Positions 10,876-21,562 of a DNA stretch of 64,000 nucleotides are shown piece by piece. This DNA is from an uncultured archaeon (GTDB lineage: Archaea > Asgardarchaeota > Lokiarchaeia > Sigyniarchaeales > SOKP01). Position numbers and translations under genes: made by a program. A model generated the notes under the pieces. It saw only the letters and a list, made by a program, of their open reading frames with translations. It searched no databases and was not told where the DNA came from. The number at the start of each line of letters is the position of its first letter. Position 1 is the stretch's first letter. The stretch spans positions 64,001 through 128,000 of the forward strand of contig CAZALK010000014.1 of assembly GCA_964486045.1 (NCBI GenBank). Reading direction: 5' to 3'.

Positions 10876-12396
10876 TCATTTGGTTTGTAATTGATTACGG
10901 ACGACTATATCACAATTATCTAAAAATTCTTCTACTTTTTTAGTAGGAATCTTAGTTCCTGCTGCGGGAGGGTGTCCACCCCCTAATGTTTCTATATTAG
11001 AGCGTTTACTAGCTTTTCTTATAACCTCTGATAGATTGACTCCCTGACTAACAATTTTTTCATGTGCTCTTCCTGAAACTTTGTACACATCCTCATCCTC
11101 CCTCTTAGCTAATCCAAATATTGGTTTTGAATGATCTACTCCTTTAAAGTGTTCAAATATTAAAATTGATGTTATTGTACCTATAATACTCTCAGGTATT
11201 ACACCTTCACCATAATAATATTGTATCGAGTCTTTTTGCTGGATTTTGTCATTTTCTTCAATCCAAGAAAGGCTCTCACCTAGTTTTTTTTTGTAAGATT
11301 TTAATACATTCGTAGATTGTTGATAAATCTCTTTTCTATCTCCCATTGCAATGGCAATTCCTAATGAAGCATTATGCGTTCTACCGCAAGCGTTTAGAAG
11401 ATTAGAAAATTCTTTAATATCGTGAATTTTCGAATTAGGGGATTCGTTTGATAAAAGATATCTGTTTATAATTAATTTTTTTATAATTTTATTTGGGTCT
11501 AAATCTAATTTAATTGATGCATATTCAATAATCGCTGATGAGATCTTTTGCTTTTCATCTTGATCTAGTTCATTTAGCGTTTTTATTTTACCATCAGAAT
11601 TTTCCATTAGAATTCCTCTGGTTTTCAAGAAAATTAAAGCTCTATTTACATCTTTGGATAAACCAGGTAATTGAATTTCATTTGAATACGCTATTGCCTC
11701 ATTTAATGGCTTTAATGTCGAAAAATTTAGATCGGTTACGACCTCGATTTGCCTAGAATTCATTGCATCTTCTAAAATTAAATTATTCAATCCTAAAAAC
11801 GATTTATTCAAACCTTGATTTTGGATATCTCCGATTGCTCCAACTAAACCAAGAGGAGATAAGTCAATATTATCTTGGTTTAGACATTTTGCGAAGTAAT
11901 AGCATAAACCAGCACCAGAGATTTCAATACTCCCATCAAATCCAAAGAAATAGGGATTAATTTGCCAATCTTTTGTCGCTTCATGAATTTCTTCAATTAA
12001 ATTGAGATCTTCTTTTGAAGAAACATTTTGAGGAATATGGTGATCTAAAACTAGAAAATCAGTAATTTTCTTCTTTTGAATCAATTCTTTCTGTAATTCT
12101 AGATATTGACCACTCCCAAAATCAGAAAAGATTAGATAATTACTATAATCTTCAACTTTTTGTATGATCCGTGAAATTTCTCGTTTTTCTAATTGTCTAA
12201 GTACGGTTATTTGAAAGGGAATATTTTCTCGATACAATGCCTTACCGAGAATTGCTCCTGAACTTAATCCATCAGCATCTAGATGAGTGTAAATATGAAT
12301 TGGCGCTTCTCTACTATCTTTTTGACTTAAAAACGACTGTTTGATCTTCTTCAGATTCGCATTCAGTTTCCCTAACTTTATTTTTTCATTATTCAT
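10876..12396 (-). CDS. RecJ/Cdc45-like DHH nuclease (GAN-type)
   Basis: HLDADG, SDFGSG, LDHH, GAIGDIQ, LLNACGR, GGGHPPAAG. Confidence 0.9.
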   Translation of the reverse strand: MNNEKIKLGKLNANLKKIKQSFLSQKDSREAPIHIYTHLDADGLSSGAILGKALYRENIPFQITVLRQLEKREISRIIQKVEDYSNYLIFSDFGSGQYLELQKELIQKKKITDFLVLDHHIPQNVSSKEDLNLIEEIHEATKDWQINPYFFGFDGSIEISGAGLCYYFAKCLNQDNIDLSPLGLVGAIGDIQNQGLNKSFLGLNNLILEDAMNSRQIEVVTDLNFSTLKPLNEAIAYSNEIQLPGLSKDVNRALIFLKTRGILMENSDGKIKTLNELDQDEKQKISSAIIEYASIKLDLDPNKIIKKLIINRYLLSNESPNSKIHDIKEFSNLLNACGRTHNASLGIAIAMGDRKEIYQQSTNVLKSYKKKLGESLSWIEENDKIQQKDSIQYYYGEGVIPESIIGTITSILIFEHFKGVDHSKPIFGLAKREDEDVYKVSGRAHEKIVSQGVNLSEVIRKASKRSNIETLGGGHPPAAGTKIPTKKVEEFLDNCDIVVRNQLQTK

Positions 12397-12519
12397 TTTT
12401 TTGACAAAATAAAATAATCATAAATTCAAAATTGAAAATATACTATATATAATAAAATGAAATATCAAAATAATAATAAATACTCAAGTAAAAAAGTAAA
12501 TCTAGTAAGGTGAAAATAT

Positions 12520-13515
12520 ATGCTTCATATACAAATTAATGAACTTGCTAAGAATCTTGTCGAGAAATTAATCCATAATAAAGAGATATACACGGTCGAA
12601 GTTCATAACCTAGTTAATAACTCTATTGTTCTGGATATGACAAAATCCTCTTGGATTGGGGGAAAATTAATTGGAGAAATATGTATGGGTGGTTTAGGGA
12701 CTGTAGAATTTTCTTATTACAATTTAGATGGTCATTTTATACCAAGCGTTAATGTCCATACTTCAGAGCCGTTAATTTCTTGTATGGCATCTCAATTGGC
12801 CGGTTGGAGTGTGAAATTGAAAAAGGAAGTGGAAAAAAATGGAGTTTCAAAAAAAAAAGTTATTTTTCAATCATTGGGTTCAGGACCGGCTCGTGCTAAA
12901 AGTAGAGTTGAAAAACTTTTTGATGAAATTAATTATACCGACAGTTCTGAATGTGCTGTTATTGTTTTTGAAACTCCGAAATTACCAAATGAGGAAGTTA
13001 TGGATATTGTGGCAGAAAAGTGTGGGGTGGAGGCAAGTAACACTTTTGCCGTTTGCGCTCCAACAGCTTGTTTAGCAGGTTCCATCCAAGTAGCTGCACG
13101 AATTGTTGAAACAGGTATTCATAAACTCCATGAAATTAAATTTCCTATCAACTTAATAAAGGATGGATTTGGAACAACCACAATTGCACCCATTGCTAAA
13201 GATGATCTAGGAGCGATGGGTCGCACAAACGATTCCATAAGTGCAGCAGGGATGACATATTATACAATTGATGTTGAGAAAGATGAAGAAGGGGATTTAT
13301 TTGAACTTATAAATAAGGCTCCAGCTAATACCTCTTCCAGTTACGGAAAACCCTTTATTGAAACATTCAAGGAGGCAAATTTTAACTTTTATGACATTGA
13401 TCCGGGATTATTTGCTCCAGCAACCTATACTTTTACGAATATTCGAACAGGAAAAAGTAAAACCGTTGGAAAAACAAATCATGCATTACTCAAGCAATCC
13501 TATGGATTTGAGTAA
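12520..13515 (+). CDS. mch: Methenyltetrahydromethanopterin cyclohydrolase
   Basis: EICMGGLG, SQLAGW, GSGPARA, QVAARIVETGIHK, AMGRTND, FYDIDPGLFAPA. Confidence 0.97.
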   Translation: MLHIQINELAKNLVEKLIHNKEIYTVEVHNLVNNSIVLDMTKSSWIGGKLIGEICMGGLGTVEFSYYNLDGHFIPSVNVHTSEPLISCMASQLAGWSVKLKKEVEKNGVSKKKVIFQSLGSGPARAKSRVEKLFDEINYTDSSECAVIVFETPKLPNEEVMDIVAEKCGVEASNTFAVCAPTACLAGSIQVAARIVETGIHKLHEIKFPINLIKDGFGTTTIAPIAKDDLGAMGRTNDSISAAGMTYYTIDVEKDEEGDLFELINKAPANTSSSYGKPFIETFKEANFNFYDIDPGLFAPATYTFTNIRTGKSKTVGKTNHALLKQSYGFE

Positions 13516-13549
13516 ACAAAATCTCTTTTTTTAAAATATTTAAAATAAG

Positions 13550-14683
13550 CTAAATATTTGTTAGTTCTTCTTCGTACTTTGAAATTTCTTCCAAAGAAAT
13601 ATCCCTATCAAAAATAATTTTCTTTTGTATCCCTAAATACGCACATGCAAGTTTAGCAGCAGCTGCAACTTCTGCTTTTTTAAGAGTAATCGAATACTCA
13701 TCCTGTTGAAATTGGTCTTCTTGATATTTCTTCTCTTGATTTCGGTGATCCTGAAATCGAGAAACTCTTTCATTTTTCATTCTATATAACAAAGATGACA
13801 TTTTATTAGCTACTTTGAAGCGTAATTGGTTTTTAACTACTAAACGGATTATATTATTAACATCAAAATAATTGAGAGTTTCATATTTTGCTCGTAGAAA
13901 GCTTTTAAGATTTTCAGAGTTTCTTTCGCATTCTATTTCAGTCCAATCATGAATAGCTAACTTCCTTCTGAAGAAAATTAACTCCCAATCAAATCCAAGT
14001 TCTTTTAAAAATTCGAGTAATTTGTTTTCATTAGGGAGCCTTGATTCTATAACAATATAGAGCTGTAAACCATAATATTTGTGTTCTTGTTGAAGGAAAA
14101 AACCTCTCTGCTGCATTGAAGCAAGAATCAATAACTTTATAGAGAAAATGTTTTCAGAAACATTTTTCTTGCTGCAATTTAAGTAGAATACATTTCCTTC
14201 TTCACTAACGTATTCACAATCTACGAATCCTAAAATACTCTCCTTATTTTCCTCAATAAATGTATTTAATCCGGTAAGAGTCGGTTTAACATCAAAACTT
14301 ATTAAGTCATTCTCGCCTATTGTGACGTAGTCATTATAATTGCTACCAATCGCCAATTTTATTGAATTTAATTTAAACTCTTTCTCTACACCAAAAACAT
14401 TTTGAAAGGCTTCATTAATAGGAAATACTTCATCTTCAAGTATTTTTACATCTGCCATAGAACTCTCATATGGCACTGGATCATTTAATACTTTGTTTAA
14501 CACTGGAGCTTCTGAAGCTGCTACTTCAATTTCATACGATTTTACTAAGTCCCTCCTAACAACACACACAGATCTCTTTTTTTTATTGTAAAATGAAATT
14601 GAATTATTATCATCAATTACTGCTCGAAAATGTTCAATGGCTTTGTTTTCTGTATTCTCTGAATTAACTCTTCTTCTCCGAAT
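13550..14683 (-). CDS. Hypothetical protein; frame is open upstream of the GTG at 14569 to a possible ATT start at 14683
   Basis: Long ORF with no recognisable motif. Start uncertain. Confidence 0.6.
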   Translation of the reverse strand: MRRRRVNSENTENKAIEHFRAVIDDNNSISFYNKKKRSVCVVRRDLVKSYEIEVAASEAPVLNKVLNDPVPYESSMADVKILEDEVFPINEAFQNVFGVEKEFKLNSIKLAIGSNYNDYVTIGENDLISFDVKPTLTGLNTFIEENKESILGFVDCEYVSEEGNVFYLNCSKKNVSENIFSIKLLILASMQQRGFFLQQEHKYYGLQLYIVIESRLPNENKLLEFLKELGFDWELIFFRRKLAIHDWTEIECERNSENLKSFLRAKYETLNYFDVNNIIRLVVKNQLRFKVANKMSSLLYRMKNERVSRFQDHRNQEKKYQEDQFQQDEYSITLKKAEVAAAAKLACAYLGIQKKIIFDRDISLEEISKYEEELTNI

Positions 14684-14820
14684 TTTGAATCAACTAGTTA
14701 TTTTTAATATTATTTCTCTCGTTAATGTATTTATAAAATTATAATCTTAAATTCTTAACTAAAGGAAAAAATAATATCTATAAAATAAATAATAAAACAC
14801 CCTTACAACCTAATAATTTA

Positions 14821-15000
14821 CTAACCTATTTCATCTTCTAAAAAATATTTATTGTTTTTTTTTATATAGACAGTTGTAGAACCAAAGTTATTTCGAACCG
14901 TATATTTATCTCCTTGAATATCTAATATTTCTATTGAATATGAGAGTTTTCTCTGACTTAGAATATCTTCAATTATTTTTTTCTCTTCCTTCGAATCCAT
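14821..15000 (-). CDS. Small hypothetical protein (59 aa), not in ORF track
   Basis: ATG..TAG: MDSKEEKKIIEDILSQRKLSYSIEILDIQGDKYTVRNNFGSTTVYIKKNNKYFLEDEIG. Protein-like composition inside an otherwise empty gap. Confidence 0.7.
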   Translation of the reverse strand: MDSKEEKKIIEDILSQRKLSYSIEILDIQGDKYTVRNNFGSTTVYIKKNNKYFLEDEIG

Positions 15001-15451
15001 AAATAAAAATTATTTTTTAATTCAAAAATATTTTATCATTTTATTGTTACAATTTTTTTAACCTAAATTGGAGAAATGAAGATTATGAAAGATCAACCTT
15101 CAATTGTAATCTAAATGAAATCATTTCTAAACAAAAAGAAAAACTCTTACAATGTCAAAACTATAATTTTCATTTTAATATAATATTGAGATCCTATGTG
15201 TTCTTATTAAACAATTGATCCTAATCTAAGATTAGAGTTTCGATCAGGATAAAAAATTAAAAAACTGTAACCCAAATAAGAAATTAGAAACCAATTATAC
15301 AAGAATTTTACAAAACAATTGATTTATTCACTTTATTAAAAATTTGAGTTTTTTTTAATAATCAGTTTTTTATATAAATAAGTATTTTATCAAAGTGTAT
15401 CAAAAAAGAAACAAGTTATATCACTAATCAATCTCGCACCTTTAAAGCAAT

Positions 15452-16702
15452 ATGGCTAAGCAGATACTTGACATCGGATTTTTCACTAGTATGTATTCCC
15501 AAGTCAATGGTACAGCTATTGCATGCCGAAATCTCGCGGAATCAATAGCCAAACAAACTGACCATAATGTTCATATTTATGCACCTGGTATTCAAAGAAC
15601 AAATAAGGAACCTAAAAATCTCTTTCTACATAACTTTTTAGGGGCAAAAATCTCACCTAAAACTGGCATGGTTTTAAGTTTTCCTCTACATAGATACTTT
15701 TTTTGCAAGCACGATTATCTTGATATAGCACACATCCACACTCATGCTAGTTTTGGCTCAATGGCTATTAATTGGGCTAAATATCTAGGAATCCCAATGT
15801 GTGGTACCCACAATTCTCCACTCTCATTTTATACTTCACAATATATACCTGTAGTAGGAAAGTTATTGTCGAGAATGGATTGGATTTGGCGCTATGAAAG
15901 ACATGTTTTAGACAAATATGATCTTGTATCTGTTCCTACAAAATCTAAGAAATCATTACTCAGAAAACAACGATTCAAGGAACCCATTATCTGCCTTTCA
16001 AATGGGATTAATGAGGACTATTTTACTGATGTTAAGGAAAATGGAATACGAGAAAAATATAATTTGGATAATAAGAAGATCCTGCTTTATGCTTCAAGGC
16101 TTTCTCCTGAGAAACATCAATTAAGTATCATCAAAACATTCAGAAAAATTCACAAAGAGATACCAGATTCACATTTAGTTCTGGTTGGAAGTGATGGGCC
16201 ATTAACATCGGATGTCGTAAAGCTGCTTAATAAAAAAGATTATAAAGATTATGTTTCTTATCTTGGCAGAGTTCCCTTCAAAGATTTATTGAAACTATAC
16301 AATACAGCCGATATATCTTGTTTATGGTCTTGGGTAGAAGCGGAAGGGCTAGTTTTGCTTGAATCTATGGCACAAGGAACACCATGCATAGGATCTAACA
16401 GCCTTGGTATATCAGATGTAATAAGACATGGACAAACTGGATATTTAAGCAGAAATTTAGATGATTTCACGAAAAAGGCAGTAGAATTGCTTAAAGATGA
16501 TGATCTTCGACTTGAAATGGGAAAAAATGCAAGAAAGGTTGCTGAAGGTTATCGGATTAGCAGTATTGCGAAGACGTGGATAAAACTCTATAAGTTTCTG
16601 ATTAATGAGCTTTATCCTCTTAGATATTATAAGAAGGAAAGAAAAGAGAGGGTTAGGTTAGTAAAAGAATTTATCCACAAATTACCTTCAGTTAGTTTTT
16701 AA
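15452..16702 (+). CDS. GT4 glycosyltransferase
   Basis: N-terminal 'Y..QVNG', SRLSPEK, EAEGLVLLESMAQGTP (ExFG-like motif), TGYL. Confidence 0.9.
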   Translation: MAKQILDIGFFTSMYSQVNGTAIACRNLAESIAKQTDHNVHIYAPGIQRTNKEPKNLFLHNFLGAKISPKTGMVLSFPLHRYFFCKHDYLDIAHIHTHASFGSMAINWAKYLGIPMCGTHNSPLSFYTSQYIPVVGKLLSRMDWIWRYERHVLDKYDLVSVPTKSKKSLLRKQRFKEPIICLSNGINEDYFTDVKENGIREKYNLDNKKILLYASRLSPEKHQLSIIKTFRKIHKEIPDSHLVLVGSDGPLTSDVVKLLNKKDYKDYVSYLGRVPFKDLLKLYNTADISCLWSWVEAEGLVLLESMAQGTPCIGSNSLGISDVIRHGQTGYLSRNLDDFTKKAVELLKDDDLRLEMGKNARKVAEGYRISSIAKTWIKLYKFLINELYPLRYYKKERKERVRLVKEFIHKLPSVSF

Positions 16703-16714
16703 TTTTCATCTTTT

Positions 16715-17461
16715 TTAGAAATTGAATTGCTTTCTAACTTTATTTAACTTTCCATTACAGATTGAGCAAAGTCTATATGATTTTTTATCAATTTCTTCAA
16801 TAGTTTTTGAAAATTTCATGACACAAGAATTTTCATTACAATGTTCCGATCCTAATATAATATGTCCGATTTCATGAATTACCTCTTTAATGATTCTCTG
16901 AAAAAACAGATTTTGATCACTTTTTCTATTATAAAAACTTTCTTTCAACTTAAGAGTCGAAACTATACTGCATCGATGTTTTAGATGAGTTTCCCCAAAT
17001 AGAAATAAAATATTTACCTCACTACTAGAATAAATAGGAAGATCCGTAAGGGCTATTATCATCCCGAGTTTTTCTTCTATTCTTTTATCAATTAACAAGC
17101 GATAAAATTTATTTGTGGGATGCATACTTAATTTATTATTACTTTTCCTTAATTCTTTATATTCTTTTTTAATGCCTTTCGAGTAAATCTCCTTTGAGAG
17201 TTTAAATATATCTAAATTTATTATTTCAAAAAAGAATGAATCGTAAACGATGTTCAAATAAGATTCAATTTGTTCAAATAAGTTAATGTTAAAATCACCA
17301 TAAAACAAAATACCCATATGACAGGGTAGTATCAATTTTTTAGGTGTTTTATTGATTAATTCAATTTCTTCAGGAAAAGAAATTCCTATTTTGGTCACAA
17401 ATTTTTTTAATTTCTCCATGTATTTTCGGATTTTTTGCTCGTACTTCTGAAATTTAGACAT
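16715..17461 (-). CDS. Archaemetzincin (M54) Zn metalloprotease
   Basis: KEVIHEIGHIILGSEHC-x4-CVM, DKKS, C-terminal CSIC. Confidence 0.85.
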   Translation of the reverse strand: MSKFQKYEQKIRKYMEKLKKFVTKIGISFPEEIELINKTPKKLILPCHMGILFYGDFNINLFEQIESYLNIVYDSFFFEIINLDIFKLSKEIYSKGIKKEYKELRKSNNKLSMHPTNKFYRLLIDKRIEEKLGMIIALTDLPIYSSSEVNILFLFGETHLKHRCSIVSTLKLKESFYNRKSDQNLFFQRIIKEVIHEIGHIILGSEHCNENSCVMKFSKTIEEIDKKSYRLCSICNGKLNKVRKQFNF

Positions 17462-17608
17462 TGTTTGTGAGGTGTGTTTTATGGATTACCTAAATTAATT
17501 TTCTATTTATATTAAATTAGTTTAAATTCATTATTACTAGGTATTTAAATCATTAATTATATTATAAAATAAATTGCTTTAATTATATTATAAATTGAGC
17601 ACAGAATC

Positions 17609-18613
17609 ATGGCAGAAAATTTAAAAAACTTAGAGGAAATGGATTCCGATCAAACTCTTGTTAAAAAAGACTTCATTCCTCATTTTTTTCCAACCTACAG
17701 GATAAGAAGAAGACTTTATCCAATACCAATAATCCTTGTTGTTGTTATTGCGGGAATTTTATCCTACTTGACATATATTGTAGTGGGTGTTCAAATAGAT
17801 GGCGGGTATGTCTCAGAAAGTGAATACGGAGCAATCGGAGGAATAATTAATGGAATAATATATACAGCAATAGCAGCTCTTTCAGCTTTTATTATAATTT
17901 TTGTAATTAAAAAAAAAGGAATTGGGGCATTGAAGTACATTTTTGGAGTGGGGTTCGGGATTGTAGCTTTTTTTCAGACGTGGTTTTTCGGGGAGATTCT
18001 TTTATATTTAGCTTTTAGCAATAATCCAAGAATATATTACTTATTTGATATTGAATTGATTTTTTTTACCTCTGTATTTACTGTGCTCATCATTTACAAA
18101 TATTTCACATCGACGTCGATAAAAATTAAAAACTTTACGGTATTATATATTGGATTATTAATAGGGGCTTCTATGGGTGTTTTAATGCCACTTTGGACAA
18201 CGTTAGCTATCTTAATTGGAATTTCCTTATGGGATATGTTTGCTGTTTTGTATAAACACGGACCCATAAAACAATTAATTGACATTGTTTCCGAGCCTAA
18301 CGAAACGAGAAATGTTTTATCAGAAGAAGAAATTAATGAGAAAATTGGAAGTGGAGAGTATACTTACGACACCTCGAAATTAGAGATTGGAATTGGTGAT
18401 TTAGCTTTTTATAGTATGCTTACATCAAGTGCTCTCGTTCAATCAAATAACGTTATCGTTATGATTTTAACATCAATAGCTATTATAATCGGAACAGGTG
18501 TGACGATAATGGGATTAAATAGAAATAAAATTCTACCCGGTTTGCCTATCTCTATTTTTCTTGGAATAGGAACAATGCTCATTTCATGGTATATTTTATC
18601 AATTATTTTTTAG
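17609..18613 (+). CDS. Presenilin-family intramembrane aspartyl protease
   Basis: About 9 TMs; WDMFAVL (TM6 Asp), GIGD (GxGD), PGLPISI (PAL-like). Confidence 0.92.
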   Translation: MAENLKNLEEMDSDQTLVKKDFIPHFFPTYRIRRRLYPIPIILVVVIAGILSYLTYIVVGVQIDGGYVSESEYGAIGGIINGIIYTAIAALSAFIIIFVIKKKGIGALKYIFGVGFGIVAFFQTWFFGEILLYLAFSNNPRIYYLFDIELIFFTSVFTVLIIYKYFTSTSIKIKNFTVLYIGLLIGASMGVLMPLWTTLAILIGISLWDMFAVLYKHGPIKQLIDIVSEPNETRNVLSEEEINEKIGSGEYTYDTSKLEIGIGDLAFYSMLTSSALVQSNNVIVMILTSIAIIIGTGVTIMGLNRNKILPGLPISIFLGIGTMLISWYILSIIF

Positions 18614-18726
18614 TTTGATAATATTTATTCAAATTGGAAAATATATGTAAAATTTTTAGAATTTTTTTATATCTTATTTCCAAAAAGCTTTTATTAAACT
18701 TACCATAACTAATTAAAAAAGAGTAA

Positions 18727-19764
18727 ATGGATAAAGAAACAATGTCGTTTATTAATGGACTTAAAGATCTTTTTAAAAAACCTCTTTATATTTTAATTAT
18801 AGCTTCATTTATTGTTTCATGGTTTCTGATCCTATTTGGTCGCACATTCATATTTGTTGATGAATATTATTCATTTCTTTTCATCTTCATCGGTGTTTTG
18901 GCCGGATTTAACTTTCTTTTGCTTGTTATATCTTTTTTTAAATCATTAGAAAAATTGCATTATATTGTAATTATTATTGTTTTTTTACTCTCAATACCTA
19001 CAATAATCTTTTTTTGGGGATTCCTTCGTTTATTTTCCTTTGTTTGTCTAATAGCAAATCAATTCCTTACTGCATTCTTTGCTTTCAAACTTTGTATGGA
19101 TTCTTCAACGAAGGTTGATGATTTTCTCTATAAAAATGAAAGATATAACAAATTCACTAGATCATTTGAATTTATATTTTTTGGACTCTTAACCCTATTA
19201 ATTTTTATTGTTACTAGGAACGTTTTAAGAAACCAAATTCCAATAGCAGCCAGAAATAGTGCGAATATCTTTCAAATTATTTTACTTATAAATGCTATTT
19301 TAATTGTAATCGTATTAACTAGATTAATTTTAATAAAAAGATTTGCAGCGTACATCACTTTGTTTTTTGTTTTGGCTTTTTTTTATATTCTCTACATTAT
19401 AATAGATATAATTTCCAAAGCAATATTCCCAGATACTATAGGCTTTCGCTGGTATAGCTTTTTAATTGACCTTTTTTTATTCATTTTTATTATAGGGTCG
19501 GTATTTGATAAAGTCGAGTATTTAGAGAAAAAATTAAAATACCTTCGAGTGGAAACAATATCATTATTTATAATCCTTATGAAACTAATTACTCAATTTA
19601 CAGAAGTCTTTCCCAATTTCTCGGGATTAGACACTCCTCTTGTTGAGAGTCAACAAGTCTATATTTTAATTATTTTTATCATCATTACCCTGATTTTTGG
19701 TATCCATTCAATTTTAGTCCATAAAGAGAGGAAAAAAGATATTGAGATTACAGAAAATAACTGA
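18727..19764 (+). CDS. Multi-pass membrane protein of unknown function
   Basis: About 10 hydrophobic segments, no recognised motif. Confidence 0.7.
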   Translation: MDKETMSFINGLKDLFKKPLYILIIASFIVSWFLILFGRTFIFVDEYYSFLFIFIGVLAGFNFLLLVISFFKSLEKLHYIVIIIVFLLSIPTIIFFWGFLRLFSFVCLIANQFLTAFFAFKLCMDSSTKVDDFLYKNERYNKFTRSFEFIFFGLLTLLIFIVTRNVLRNQIPIAARNSANIFQIILLINAILIVIVLTRLILIKRFAAYITLFFVLAFFYILYIIIDIISKAIFPDTIGFRWYSFLIDLFLFIFIIGSVFDKVEYLEKKLKYLRVETISLFIILMKLITQFTEVFPNFSGLDTPLVESQQVYILIIFIIITLIFGIHSILVHKERKKDIEITENN

Positions 19765-19824
19765 TTACACTTTAAATTTACAAAAACTTATTTTATTTAG
19801 AACAGATTATTAAAATCTTATCGT

Positions 19825-20115
19825 ATGTCAAATATGGAAAAAACTCCTAAAACCGGATTTGAAAAAATTATACATTATTTCAATTCCAAGCTGGAAATAA
19901 ATCATCCTATAGCTATTGCTAAAGTAGTGGAAGATACAGGTTTCTCTTGGAGTTTTATTAAAAAAACACTGTCTAAAGTAAAGGAAGAATATGATGGGTT
20001 TCATTTTGAAAAATCAGGAAATACGTGGATAACGTGGAAAGATCGAGTTCATATCATAAAAAAATTAGATGAGACTTGTTCTCGTTTTTTGAAGGAATCC
20101 GATAATGAATGCTAA
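19825..20115 (+). CDS. Small hypothetical protein, possible winged-helix fold
   Basis: 'IAIAKVVEDTGFSWSFIKKTL' HTH-like pattern followed by a beta-hairpin. Confidence 0.5.
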   Translation: MSNMEKTPKTGFEKIIHYFNSKLEINHPIAIAKVVEDTGFSWSFIKKTLSKVKEEYDGFHFEKSGNTWITWKDRVHIIKKLDETCSRFLKESDNEC

Positions 20116-20125
20116 TTTCTTATAG

Positions 20126-21391
20126 TTAGCTTCTATTTCTTAATACTTCCTTTTCATACTTCTCAATCTCTCTAATCCAAGAATATCCTACTGGAACATC
20201 ATTTGTTAAACAGAAAAAATCCCATACAGAACCAAACGGAAGTGTCTTTAACTCTTCTAGAAAAGCCAGTCGTTGGAGATATTGTCCATTCTCTTCAAAT
20301 TCCCTAAATATTTCCCATGGCTGAACCGAAGCATATAATAAGCTTTTTTGAACGGCTCGAGTTCCAATCACTCATGCTCCAATACGGTTAATTGAAGCAT
20401 CAAAATAATCTAGCCCTAAATGAATTCTATTCATGGCTTTACTACGTACAATTTCTTCCATTACATGAATCAAGTCTTCACTTAAAATAACTACATGATC
20501 ACTGTCCCATCTTATCCCACGACTAATATGAAGCATTAATTCTGGGATAAAGGGAAGAATAGAGGATATTTTATCTCCTACAGATTCAGTTGGATGAAAA
20601 TGACCCGTATCTAAAGTTAACATCATTTGATTGGCAATGGCATAACCTAAATAAAATTCATGACTACCAACTACGAATGCTTCACTACCTATACCAAAAA
20701 GTTTTCCTTCAATAGTATCTTTCATTGATGAAGAAGGATATTTTTCTTGGAATATTTCATCTAACGAATTTTTTAATAAAACTCTATATCCTTTCCTATC
20801 TACAGGAATATCTTTTAAACTGTCAGGAATCCATATATTGTGTATACAAGGGCTTTTTAACTGCTTCCCTATTTCAGCACTTATTTCTCGACATCTACAA
20901 ACATGATCAATCTAAAATTGACGAATTCCACTTGATTTATTGCTTAAAGTAAATCCTCCATTTGCTTTTGGATGAGAAAATAGTGTGCTATTCATATCTA
21001 GTTTTAAATCTCTTTCTTTCGCCCAATCAATCCATCTTTGGAAGTATTCCGGTTTGTACTGATCTCGTTCCACAAATTTTCCTCCAAAATCTCCATAGAA
21101 AGAATGTAAGTTTACACGATGATTACCAGGAATTAAAGATAATGCTGTTTCTAAATCCATTTGAAGTTCCTGTATATTACTCGCTTTACCAGGAAAATTT
21201 CCTGTAGCTATGATCCCACCCCCATTTAACTCTGTGTTTGGCCTTTCAAATCCTCCAACATCATCACCTTGCCATGAATGAATAGAGATTGGGATCTCTA
21301 ATAGGGCATCTAATATTTTATCGATATCTATACCCAATTCATCATATTTTTTGGAAGCTAGAGCATAAGCTTCATCGATTTGATCATTCAT
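20126..21391 (-). pseudogene. rhaA: L-rhamnose isomerase, full length but interrupted by two in-frame stops
   Basis: One frame of 422 codons with HSWQGDDVGGFE, KLFGIGSE, LDTGHFHPTE, RWDSDHVV, DASINRI. TAG at 20912-20914 and TGA at 20372-20374 both replace conserved Trp. Confidence 0.9.
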
Positions 21392-21562
21392 CTCTATCTC
21401 TAAGATATATTTTATTCCATAATATTAATAATAGTTTCATTTTACTTCCATGATTAGGAGCAACTATCATTAAAAGCAATTATTAAAAGTAATTATCTAT
21501 TTATGCAATTATAGTGTGAAGTTTCACACACACAAAAATATCAAATATTAAGGAAGAATCAT

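Noticed and set aside
15216-15250. Short inverted repeat CTAATC-TAA-GATTAG upstream of the GT4 gene
   Set aside because: Too short and AT-rich to distinguish from chance.
20372-20374. In-frame TGA in rhaA as selenocysteine
   Set aside because: It aligns with a conserved Trp, not Cys; a second in-frame stop (TAG) is present; no SECIS-like element was seen downstream.
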